DNA from: Promethearchaeia archaeon | GTDB taxonomy: Archaea; Asgardarchaeota; Lokiarchaeia; Sigyniarchaeales; SOKP01 | Reading direction: 5' to 3' | DNA: 64,000 bases | NCBI GenBank assembly: GCA_029856145.1 | Contig: JAHQWK010000008.1 | Span: 1-64,000 of the forward strand | Shown: piece by piece, positions 18,195-31,200 of the stretch | Position numbering within the stretch: position 1 is the first letter of the stretch | Layout: every line of letters starts with the position of its first letter | Notes under the pieces: generated by a model | Told to the model about the DNA's origin: nothing | Database searches by the model: none | The model's input: only the letters and a program-made list of their open reading frames with translations | Position numbers and translations under genes: made by a program

Positions 18195-18527
18195 TTATCC
18201 GTCATTGTAAAAACTATGAAGGATTTCTGCAAGTGTAGTTAAATACTGTTTAGCTTGTTCAGTAAGAATATAATTATAGTAATGGGTTCCATTCCTTCGA
18301 ATCTTCTTTCCTTTTTCTACTAATCCCTCTAATTCCAACCTTCCTAACAGAGTCCATGCATACCTTTTTGATATATCACATGCATAGGATAGGTCAATTG
18401 AGGTATTGAAGACTCCCGTCATCTCCCTCTTGGCAATACTTATTAAAAAAATATACCTTTTATGAAGAAAAATATCTAACACTTCATTATTATTACTATT
18501 CTCATCGATATCGTTTTCTACTATCAT
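18195..18527 (-). CDS. winged helix-turn-helix transcriptional regulator (MarR/PadR-like)
   Basis: SIDLSYACDISKRYAWTLLGRLELEGLVEK...YNYILTEQAKQYL. Confidence 0.8.
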   Translation of the reverse strand: MIVENDIDENSNNNEVLDIFLHKRYIFLISIAKREMTGVFNTSIDLSYACDISKRYAWTLLGRLELEGLVEKGKKIRRNGTHYYNYILTEQAKQYLTTLAEILHSFYNDG

Positions 18528-18964
18528 GCTCTTTTACATCACCATTCTTAATTTTATTAAAGTTACAGAAAATAGATCTATTTCTTTATAAAGAAAAAAT
18601 CCAGTTACGGTGACATCTTTGTACCCATAAAAAAAATATACTGTTTACAAAAACCTGAGATGGTTCCAATGAAATCTATAATTCTTACCACACAAATCTT
18701 TTTTTTATCAACTCGTCACTTCTGTATAGTGCATGAGAATTTCGAAAAACTATAAATACTAGATAATTTTAATATTTCAATATCAAGAAAAGCAAAATCA
18801 TAGGTCATGAATTCAGATATCAAGAACATACACTTTTATATTTTGAGTGTAGAAGCTATAAAAAGGCAGAATTTGGCATTTTTTCTTTTTAATAAGAATG
18901 TCAATTTTCCTTTAAATATGGATATCAATATTATTTTAAAATAAGTTAATGTGAGGATAGAAAG

Positions 18965-19255
18965 ATGGCTATAAGTAAAAATAGGGCGGAAATTAGTCGT
19001 GAACTGGCTAAATTTAATAATACCTTTTTGGACTCTAGACCAGCTTCTTCTGATCAACTATATAGAAAGATATTAAAGGTAAATTTTGATTCTCTACGTC
19101 CTATCGCGCGACGACAGATTGCAAACCTCATGAGACAATACAAGTATCATCCTCACAGGTCTATTTATATTTTTTACATAAATCTTATCATTTTAGATGA
19201 GAAAGTATTTCGAAATTTAAATTATTGTAGTTTATTTACAAAAAAAAGTGAGTAA
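18965..19255 (+). CDS. 96-aa basic protein overlapping the giant ORF; possibly its frameshifted N-terminus
   Basis: GTGAGGA SD-like site upstream. The ORF ends across the A8 run (19240-19247), and a 1-nt deletion there fuses it in frame with 19248. Confidence 0.55.
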   Translation: MAISKNRAEISRELAKFNNTFLDSRPASSDQLYRKILKVNFDSLRPIARRQIANLMRQYKYHPHRSIYIFYINLIILDEKVFRNLNYCSLFTKKSE

Positions 19256-22200
19256 AAGAATGAGTAAAACAGAAAGAAAGGAACCATCAGAATTGAATCG
19301 CTCTGTCCATCAGGATTCTGAACCTCCTGAAGTGGTGTATAGCAAATTATTTCAGGACGGAATAGCACGATATAGAATAAAAGAACATTTAGTTAAAGCT
19401 CATGAAAAAAAGAAACTTATCGACATTTTTTTCTTTGAGCTCTCTAAGGAGCCCTTACCAAAAGGTCATCTTGAATTCCTAGATGAGTTGATTTATCGTT
19501 CCAATAAGAATAAAAAACATACAATGAAGAAGAACATTCATTGGAGAAAAATCGATCTATGCCATCATAAAGAATCCCCAAAAGACTCTTCTCATAAGAC
19601 AATAATAGATAAAGATGAGTTTTTAGAAAATGCTATAGAAAACTTTTCAGATGATTCTGTAAAATTCCAAGCAGAACCTCAAGAATCCCAAGACTCTCTT
19701 ATTGAAGCAAACGATTCAAAAGTAAAAAAACAAATATGTCTTGCAAAAATATTTGCTCCCGATTTAGTCTTTATAGATTCTAAGAACACCTCTAGTAAAA
19801 AATCAAGACTCAAGAAATTTGGTAAGACCTTAGGATTTTCTGTAATTGTGGAATTGTCAGTACTATTATTTATAGCTCTTGCATATCTTTGCTTTCCAAT
19901 ATCCTTTTTCATCATCGAATATCATCTCGATCTGTTTATTGTTGTGCAAATGCTCTTTATTACTCTAAGACAGTTTATTCTATTTCGAAAGAAAGAGCGT
20001 ATCTTCCATGTTCCCCTCTTTTTTACCATAATAATGTGGTTGTGCGTTTCAATAGCTCATATATCATATAATCAATTGACCTTCATTGCCACTTTCTTTG
20101 GAGCTCAGTTCTTTTTCATATTATCTGAGCTGGTTTTATACTTTATGAAATATGATGTTTCAAGAAAGCAGGTTATTATCTTTCTATCCGTGTCGACATT
20201 GCTCTGGGGTTCATATTTTATTACCTCATTTCTTCCCTTGGATTTGAATTTTATGTGGATATATGTTCAGATAGGAGTGTGGTTTTTTGTCGCTGCTGGG
20301 ATTATTGTTTCATCTGTCCTTGGATACATACCAAAGCTCTTTAAATTTCTGTTTTCTCTCATTAAGAAGGGATGTGTGTGGATAGGAAGTATTTTCATTA
20401 GAATCGCAAATTCTTCTGCAATTGTTACACTTCGTAAAAAAGTAAAATCCTTTATTGGCCAAATTAAAATTAGAATCGAAAATATCAGAAATCTTCATAA
20501 TATTAAGCTCTATGTGAGAAGTGGAATACTTCTTGGTTGTATTAGCCTTGTTTTCTTTATAAGGTATACAGCTCATCTGGTAATAAATCTTGCCACCATC
20601 GGTATCCTCTTTTCTATATTAGCTGTTCTAATGACAGTTGGATATTTTCTTATATTCAGAAATACAGGCAAGACCAACTTTTACACTGGTAAGGATGATT
20701 CCCACGTTCAAAAACAAGGTATCTCCAAGGAATCCAGTGAAAAGAAACTCGAAGATATTATTGAAGAGATTTTCTATAAGTATGAAAAATACAAAAAAAT
20801 CCAACATCTTACTCCTGAAGATTTTCTTTTCGTAAGAATTGTAGAGAGTTATTCTGACTTAGAGTGGTCGTATAAGCAATTAATTAAAGAAATTGAACGA
20901 TCCCAGCGTTGGGTTAAGGAACATAATTTAAGATATATACTACCTCACAAGGTCTTATGGACGATATTATCTATTTATCTCCATTATAGAAACACAAGAA
21001 ATTATTATCCCGAAGGTTTTCTTTTCCTTAAGAAAATAGCTAATCAGAGATCACGTCACTCATTAGATAATATATCAAAAGAATATTATAAAGCAATTAA
21101 AAAAGAAGAAGACGCGTTACTCGAATTCCTTAAAGAAAATAAGAAGAAATATAAAAAATTTGAGGAGTATCAAGTTGAAGATTATTTATCATTATATAAT
21201 GATGATGTTGTAGAACCAAATGATCAAGAATTGAGTATTGAACCACAACTGTCTTTCCATTATCCTGCTAAGAATTCAAGAATTCACTATTTTAATAGTC
21301 CAAAAAGTAGGAAATTGTTTGACGCTTCGCAAATAATAGCAGATAATATTGAACAAATGGAGCAATATTCTAAGAAGAAAGGAAGTTTCAAAATTATAAA
21401 TAAAGTAATTCAGACACAAATAAATGAATTCACTTCACATGAACAAGAAGGATGGAAATTAATAAAACTAATATATGAGCTCAAAGTATCTCAAGATTTT
21501 CTTTCTGCTATAGTGAATAATAAGAAATTATTTACCAAATATCCTGAAATTGATCATCATGCATTCTTCCTCTTAATGCTAGCTCCAATCTTGGGGAAAG
21601 AATTGAATTTCTTAAAACTTACTCAACATAGAAAATTGTATCCTCCCTACTTGTGCTCTATAGGTATAAGTGCTGACATTTGTAATAGTTTAGTTTCCTT
21701 TTTACAAGAAATGGAACAGAAATATATAAATGCTAAAAATTGTCATTATTCGGAATTATTAGAATCCAATAAAAAACATAAACTCACTAAAAAGTTTTCA
21801 TATCTTAAAGAACAAACCATTACAAACGTAGAAAGAGAGTGGTTGGATTATAAACAAGGCATAGTGAGGGATGGTGACACGATAAAATCTATCTCGCCTA
21901 TTCGAAAGAAAGCACGTACTCATATTCTAGATCTCATATATAACAATACTGCGATTGATTATGGTCAAAATACCCCAGAATTCTTCTATCTAAATAATGA
22001 TAAGACAAAAATAATCAGAAAAGAGCTATGTGAACTAAATAGAAATTCAGAGCTCCTTGTTTTTGTTCACGCACGTGATTATATTAAAGAAATAATTGAT
22101 TCTTATATTAATATCTATGAAGAACATAAGAAGGTAATATCTACACGAGAACTTGAGAGACCAAAAAAACAGAAGTCATTCGAACCTGTAGAATCTAGGC

Positions 22201-25200
22201 AGGTTATTGGAAGCATTTTAAAATCAAGTATCGCATTAGCTATCTTTATAGTACCATTTTTCTTACAATTATTTTCTTCAGAGACTAAATTTTTCTATGA
22301 TTTTCTTTACTTTGTTCCATTTTATCAGGTATTAATTTTTGCCTTGTTCCTTCTTATTTTTACTTTTAATATGAAATTATCGCAATCTCGCCAACTTTAT
22401 ATGATACTGGCTCCCATTTTTTTGGTTCCCTTTATCATAGGCATGCAGCATATATTACCTTCTATAGTTACGGTATGTATTATACCTGCTATGATTATTC
22501 CAAGTTATATTATTTTCAGAGGACAACCAATAATTAGACAAAGAATCTCTAAGAAACGAGATTGGTCAAGATTTAAGAGTTTCTCTCTACACAATTTTTA
22601 TCATAGATATAAATACGCTCTTTTATGGCGATGCTTATTTATCCTTACTGTTGTATTCTGCATTTTCTTTATTTTTTTCCCTCAATCACTTTATATTGCT
22701 GCTGGTCTGTTTATAGTTTGTATATCTGTTTTTACAAAAGAAAATAAAGTGAGAGATAATTCGAACCCTCCAAAGTATAGTGCGAGAATGCTCAGAAACA
22801 CACTATTGATCGCTTTCTTTCTCGTGTTGATGCCCTTAATCTTTACCGTAAACTCTATGATCAGACTTAACAGTCCACAACTTCAGTATGCACAAATTCC
22901 ACAAGATTCAAGAATTGAAGGTTCATGGGTGGATTATAATTCTCTACAATATTATGACTCCTTAGAGAAGTTCAATGAATTTACCATTAATGATGCATTC
23001 CTTTCTCGATGTGAGATCTCTACGGGTCTTGGAGAATCAGCGGGAATGGAATATAATTTAATTCCGATAGACGTGCCCGAAGTTGAGGGATATTATATAA
23101 AAGAAATTTACTCAATTGCTTCAAGGCGTATTAGTGGTCCATTAACTAGATACGATCTGATTGGGGAAATTCATCTTAATCGACTTGATCTTCTTCCAGG
23201 AACCTACGAAATTTCGACGTCGTATAATGTTCAAAGTGGGTTTGGCAAAAGATATGCAGAACCTGAAGTGTATGAAATTAAAATAGTAAAAGATAAGTTA
23301 AGAGCTCTCCCAAATGAAGATTTTGATCTCGAAGTAGACTTTGGGGCCGTCTACACGTTGAAACAAGAAGGTTCTTGGAATGTTCTCTTCGATGGACAAA
23401 TTGTAAGCAGCTTGAATGAACCAATCCCGCTCGAAGATTTGGATCTTTTTATTGAAGTAAATGATCGATGGCAAGAAGTAGCCTCATTAGACACTGATAG
23501 TACTGCTAGATTTTACTTTAATCACACGATATATGGCTCAATTGAACAAAATCTCTTAGTAAAGATCGAACATGAAGGTAATGAATTCTATAAACCACTT
23601 GAACATATTGAGTATGCGGGAATTGAATGGAATACCGCCGATAAGTTCTACTTTATCCAAGACGAGTACGGCAATATTGAATGGCCTTTCAACCTCTATG
23701 ATTTACTTGAAGTATTAGCAAGTTATGCTGAATCACCCCTTCCTTCTTCATTAGATTTTATGGCTGAATTTGAGGAGAACTCGGGAACAAGCACCTTTGA
23801 TCGAGTTCATAATTTGGAAGGTCAGCTTCGCGGAAATACTTCATGGACTACAGGAAAACGAGACTATGGGTTATTATTTGACGGTGACGGCAATCTTGGT
23901 GACAGTGGTATTCCAGCTATAGAATCGTGGACAGAAAAAGGGAGTACAACAGGCTCGACAACCTTAACATTAGATAAGCCTTCTGGGGTTGAAGTAGGTG
24001 ATTTATTACTACTCATCGTAATGAATGATGATACGTCTGCAACTGCTTTTTCAGATAATAAAGCCGGTTGGAATTTCATAGATACTTCTGGTAATAGTGT
24101 TTCTGATGCCCATATTGCTGCTTTTTGGCGAACTGCGGATGGAACGGAAGAATCAACTGAGAGTGTAACTTCCGCAGGGGCAGATGAATGGATGGGATAT
24201 TATCTTAGGATCACGGGGGCTGATGATACAGATCCAATCGATGTCTATAACTTCGCCCAATCTTCATCAAGTAGTAGTAATCATGTTATTCCAGCAGTTA
24301 CCACTACCGTTGATGATTGTTTATTGCTTTATGGGTTAAGCTTTGATGGAGGAGATGGGTATCAGTTCAGCGTATCGGGAACTGGATGGTCGGAGGTTGA
24401 TGAATATCAGACAGGAACGTCTGGCGCGGGCGATGTGAGCGGAAGTTTTGGTAGTAAGGTTCTAGCCTCTCAAGGTTCTTCTGGAGATGCTACAGTCGGT
24501 TGTAGTGTCTCAGACGGTACTGCTTATTTTCAAATCTCGATTGCACCAAGAGGTCTTACTTATGAAGATTTCGATTATATAGGTTTCGGAGATATTTTAG
24601 ACAGTGCCCTTGGGGATTTAAATAACGAGTTTGTAATCTCAGGCTGGATCCGGCCTACAGTATTTTTATCAAATCAATCTGAGAATGGAATTCAAAATTG
24701 TTTTGTTTCCAAGAAAGGTATTGTAGAAATTGGTGTAAATGAGAGCGGGTATTTACAAGTATATTTGAATACAAATAATGTGGAGACTGCTGCGACCTAT
24801 GGCTACCCTTATGCCGTCCCTCTTAATGCATGGACATATATAGCTGTTCGTTATAATAATTCTAATGTAGATATCCTCATAGGTGACACATGGTGCCGTT
24901 CTGCTCTTGGAGGAGTGAATGAACCATGGAACAACGGAGGAAACCTAAAAAGTGGGGGTGCTTTTATTGTTGGTGCAGAGACAACCTCATATTCCTGTTT
25001 TGCTGGGAAATTAGATGATATTTCTGTGTTTAATTCTTCAATATCTGACGCTGAGATCGAAAGTCATAGTAATGGTCCTGTAATTGAGATTGACGTAAAA
25101 GTATATAAAGAAGATAGCCAAGATGTGTGGACTCCCATAACAACATCAGGTGAAATTATAGATGGATATCTTCTTTTTGAAGTTAACAGTACTGGAAAAC

Positions 25201-28200
25201 CAATTGAGACATTAGAATTGTACCTATCTGATACTGAACCTAATTTACAAAATCCTAATCCTAATGATTGGAATTTAGTTACTTCTTTCAATTATGATAA
25301 TTCTCTTTACTCCTATGTAGCTAATAGCTGGGATTTACCAGACGATCCGAGTTTTTATTTTGTGGTTAAAGCTACTGATGATCTTAATAACGCTGTGTAT
25401 GATTATTATAATACTTATTTTGGTATTAATCATTTTGACGAGCTCGTGAATTTCACCTATCTGGACAAACAGGGAAGAATCAACCATAATTCTGAGATTG
25501 GAGTCTCTCCTAGAGAGGGATTTGAAGGGCATATATCATCTTTGAATGTCTATATTAATTATTCTGATGATATTGACTTTCTAACTAATGTAGAATATAA
25601 TGATTTATATTCGAATTATTGGTTAATCTATTTAGATTCATTATCAGATTGGGTTACTAATAAAAGTTTAACTCCTGATAATTACAATGTTAATTTCATA
25701 ATTGAAGCAAATCTTACTTATGGCACCGGCTTTCCATTCTATACCTATAATTATACATTAGAACAGATCACTTTAGATATTGAAGGACCTGCTATGACGC
25801 TGTTATCTGGTATTCCGTATTCCTTGACTCTTGGAAAGACCTATGACAATATTCAAGAAAACATGATTACTATGGGTATTAGCTCGACTGACTTTGATTT
25901 CTATAAGGTTAAGATAGAGTATAAATATCAGACTCCTACAACGGCAGATTGGCTAACTTATGGGACTTTTTATGCCGATAATACTTCGCTTGCCGAGATC
26001 CTCTTTAATATTATTAATCTTAGGGATGACTCTATCGTTTTTCGATTTACAGGGTATGATGATTTAAATAATGAATATATTCTTTCTGATTCAAGCTATT
26101 GGATTATTAAAGATTTGAACAATCATGAATTCTTCACTATAGAAGGTCTAAACAGCACTATATTATATGGCCTTGATGTGAATGGTATGATTGATATTGA
26201 ACTGAAGGTTCTTCCTGTTGATAATGATATTACAAAAGTTACTATTTCCACTAATTATGAAAGCTTTTCCCTTACAAATGCCGTCTCTGAACTCGATTAT
26301 TTATATTTCGAGGATGATGGCGTTGAAGATGTAGATATAAAACTCAACTCAACATATTATAATATTTTTGGTTCTGATTTTGTATTTATTCCCGTTTCAG
26401 TTAAATTATATCAAGGTACAACATGGATCACTTCAGAATCGATAACAATTTGCGTAATTACTGATTCCTTTGATTTTCCTGTAGAGGTTTCAAATCTTAC
26501 CGTAAACCTATCAAGTGACGAAGATAATATTTGGATGAGCTTTGTAACCGGAAGAGATGCCTATAATAATAGCCATTCTATTCCATTTATCCCAAATAAT
26601 AATCCTCCAGTACTGAAAGTATATAATTCTCATAATGAATTAGTTGAAATTATACCTCTGTGGGCTTATCTTGATTCAAGTGATACTGAAGTATATAATA
26701 GCGGAGTTATAGAAATAATTGATAATAAATTTACTGTTTCATTACCTACCCCTGCATCAGGAGAGTTATGTTCAATTGAAGAAGTTGATGTGAATGGCAC
26801 TGCCTATGACTTCTCGTATTTTATTAATAGAAAAAATAATAATCTCTTAATTACTCTCATTACAAGCGAGACTCTCGATGGTACCTATGGCTCATTAGCC
26901 CCCATTTCTATAGACTACGGTATATCTACTTCAGTGAAGACATCCGACCAATTTGTAGGAAGTTTCAATTTCACAATTCTCCCACAAGATAGTTATACAT
27001 TTAAGGGTGAGTTTTATGATATTTCTGGGAGTATCTCTACTTTTGCTATTTCAGAACCTATAGCAATCGATTTTAGCGGACCAGAGATCTATCCCCAATT
27101 TTTAACCCTTAATTCTACAATTAATCCTGAGACTTCAACAATTTCATTTGTTATTAATGATTTTTCAGGAGTCGATAGTTATTTCTTTAATACTTCGATC
27201 TCAGGGTATTGGAATGTTATTAGTAATATCTATACATTCTTCTTTAATGATTCTGCCATTATAGAAGGATTAACACATATTAAATTTACATGTAATGACA
27301 CTTTAGGATACACATCTGATCTTCTATTACTGTTAATTTTTGATAGATCCAATCCACAATTTTCCGGTGTAAGTACAACCGATACTATTGCAAATGATTT
27401 ATTTGAAATTTATGTAAATGTAACTGAAACTTCTGATTACTCTCTAACCATTCAGTTTACTCATAATAATTCTGGCACAATATTCACAAATATAGATTTC
27501 ACTCTTATTGAGCTCTTTGAGAATGAATGGTATTTCACATTTGATAGTGCCCAATTACAAGATGGGTATTACGATATCACAATATTCGCAACAGATTCAG
27601 GAGGCAATTCAAATAATACTATTATTGAAGATATTTATTTTGATAATACCTTTGCTCATGTTACTGCTTTCGAAGAATACATATATGTAGAGACCGAAAA
27701 CATCTATAACAATACTATTTCTGATGAGCTATGCTTCAATGAAGAGGAATTTATTGCCATAACCGCATTTGATGAGATGTTCGATGATTTTGATTGGAGT
27801 CAAATAGACCAGACACTTGCAGACCAGCTTGGTGTCAAAAATATTACTTTATATTATTCCAATCCTCTTACTTGGTATAAGATTTCGATCTCCAGCACAC
27901 TTAATTATGAACAGTTTACATATGTAATTACAGGGTATGATGATCCAATTAATACAAATATCCAAAATATAAAGGGAATTCAGAGTTTAACAATCAATAA
28001 TTATACTGTTGATGAATTCGATGTGTTGTTAGATGGTACTAAAATATTACTTAAAATTGATGAGAAATATCGATATCTTCTTTCTTCACAATATACAGAC
28101 CATATTTATGCTCAATTTTATGAATTTATCCCTGAAAACAACATAGTTTTAGATTTTAATGCTGCACTAAGTAGATGGGAGCTAAAATCTCTTGATTTGA

Positions 28201-31200
28201 ATTATTTCAATATTTCAGACTATCTGAATCTTACAGAAGGAGATGAGTTTTTATTCTGGTTTGTGATTGAAGATGGGTTAGAAAATACGCTCCACTCACA
28301 TAAAATGAGGGGTGTTTTTGATAATACTATGACACAAGATCCTGTTGACCAGAATGTGTTTGAATGGTTCTTAGGTACTAACTCAACCGGTTCTGGGATG
28401 TTTATTTTCGGTTCTGATAACTATCTTGATAGTACAATTCAAGTAAATGTAAGCTCAGTAGTGCCTACTTTCTTAGGTGAAGTTGATATCGGTAGAATTA
28501 TGCTTTACGGTTCAAATGATACGACTACATGGCAATATCTCGGAAGGGCATATTTCACTGGTGAAGAAAATATGTGGAATTATTATTGGGACTATGATCC
28601 AGTAAATATTATTCCATCTGAGAATTATAATATAAAAGCACTTCTCTTTGACAGAGCAGGTAACTATTTAGCTCATTCGCATGCTCTTAAATTATATGAT
28701 TATAGAACCATTACTCTTTTAACTGAACTTGTGTTTGGTCATATTTTTGAATATAACTCTTCAGCCCTTACAAATGAAAATGAAATTGAAGGGGTGATAG
28801 AAGATCTCTTCGGTTCTACTGATTTGTGGGATTTAATTGCACAATTTTACGATCCTTTACGAAAAGAATGGGTTCCCATGACAACCAATCCAGCTACCAT
28901 CCTCTCAAATGGCAGTTATTCAATAACGTGGGATATAAACGAAGATGACGAATTTAAAGCTTCCATGTATGACTTCACTTACGAATATTTGCCACTACAA
29001 GTCGTATCTCCTGTAAGTTCAGATTTATGGGGATCATGGGGATTATTTGGTGACAATACTGAATGGCAACCTATAATTATTTCAGAGACAAGTTCTAATG
29101 TAGACATTACCATTTTCGAATTTAGTAATACTACAGGCTGGCAGGTTGATAGCGCTCTTAGCACGGAGGCTGTAATACCATCAATAGAAGGACAAGTGTT
29201 TAAATTATGGGATATCAATAATAATGATAAATACGAGATAATTCGTATATCTTCCTCTCAGATAGATGTTATTTACTTTAACAGCACTTCAGAATGGGTT
29301 ATAAAACAAAATGTAACTGGCTTATCTGAATATTCATATTATGCATTTGATATTGAGTATGAAGGAAAAACATCAAATACTCTGCTAACTGTAATCCAAA
29401 AGGATTCCACACAAGCCTTCTCCATATGGAAATATGAGTTTGAGACGAATTACGACCTTACTCACCTTGATCATTGCGATGCTCCACTTAATTTCATCCC
29501 TTCAGCAATTAAAATCGTAAATGACTTTTCTGCTTCCGATAGGAAAGCCATATTAGTTAGCGGATTAATTGAAGATTCATATTATTCCCAGTTATTTGAA
29601 TATGATTTTAATTTGGACATTAGAAATGTTCTTGTTAACGCTATTTTAGGAGAAGTCGTAGTAGTTGAATATGATGAGATAAGTGGTATAGATACAATAA
29701 TCCTTGGAATTACCCGTAGTGCTGTTGGTAAAAAGGATGCAGTTGTAACCCTACGAAGAAAATCCGGTACAGAAAAATGGGTAAACTTTGAAGTTTCTGG
29801 GTTTGATGATGTTCGGTTTGAGATTTTAGATTTAATCACCATCGCAGATAATAATTTACGCAAGCTTATAATCGGTTCGAAGACGGGAATCTATCAGACT
29901 AGAATTACATTTGAAGAAGATACCACTGAAATCACCAGTCCTATTTGTTATACTTTTACAACCTTTTCAAAGGGAGAATTAAGTCCCATTTATTATCCTG
30001 AAATTGAAGTAACACAACTTCCACTCCAAAAGCCTATTCATAAGGTAAACTATATATATTATAAAGTTTCTGGAAGTTCTCAATGGCAAATTTTAGAAAG
30101 AAGTAACTTTAGATATTCACGAAATAGTATTCTCATTGATCTGTTATCTATATGGTCTAATTTGGAATATATTAAGATAGTGTACTCTTATGAATCGTTT
30201 GTAAGTGAAGAGCGCACTGCAATCGACCCCTCATTTCAATCATATCATGGGGTTTCCGACACTCAGACGATATCTGCTTCTGCTATGTTCTTTGACGAGA
30301 CTGCACTTCCATTCTTATGGTATAATCCCGCAACAATATCAAATCTTAATTATCTACCTAATAGTATGACCTATCAATATACTCCAGTAATTTCTGGATT
30401 AGGCAATAAAGTATTTTATCCAACCATCCGATCTGAAGTTGGTTCTGAATATAGTAATATGCCTGAGCTAGAAAATAGTCTAATTTACTATGGGGATTCA
30501 TACGATTCTGGCCAGCTTTCCCAATACCTCAATTCAAAGGACGATTATTATGAAGAGACTATGTTCGGAGGGAACTATGAGAATAATTATATCGACCAGC
30601 TATGGTTATCCAATCCATACATCAGTGAAAATTTCAATTTTACGGATATGTACTATTCTCAAATTCACGATGATTCAAGCACTTCAGGACTCTATAATTA
30701 TTATGATACTGCTCAACAAGTATTAGTAAGAAATCGCTTAACAGACATTTCTCCTTATAATGCAAGTTATGCCCTTATCTATGATTCGGGTTCACTCCCT
30801 ACTTCAATGACTCGGTATAATCTATCGACAGTTGACTACGGCACTTTAGGAGGTTGGAACACAGGGGGAGAAGTGCTTTATACTCAAGTCAACGATACTA
30901 ACTATTATGAGATGGAAAGTGAACATTATGATAGTGGACCTCCATGGTATTTAATAGATATTGAGACATTACATGCTTATTTCAAAATTGTTGGCGGGTA
31001 TGGGGGAGGTGATTATTACATTTCATGCTATATTGAGACAGAAGGAACAACAAACGCTAAATTAAAGGTTAACTATGACACCTTAGAATCTGGAGCGGTA
31101 ATTGATATCAAAGATGCATATATCCAAAATGTGAATTCAATATATTACAGTTTTGAAGAGGATGAGCCTCATGATACAATAACTGCAAAAGTGTATTATT

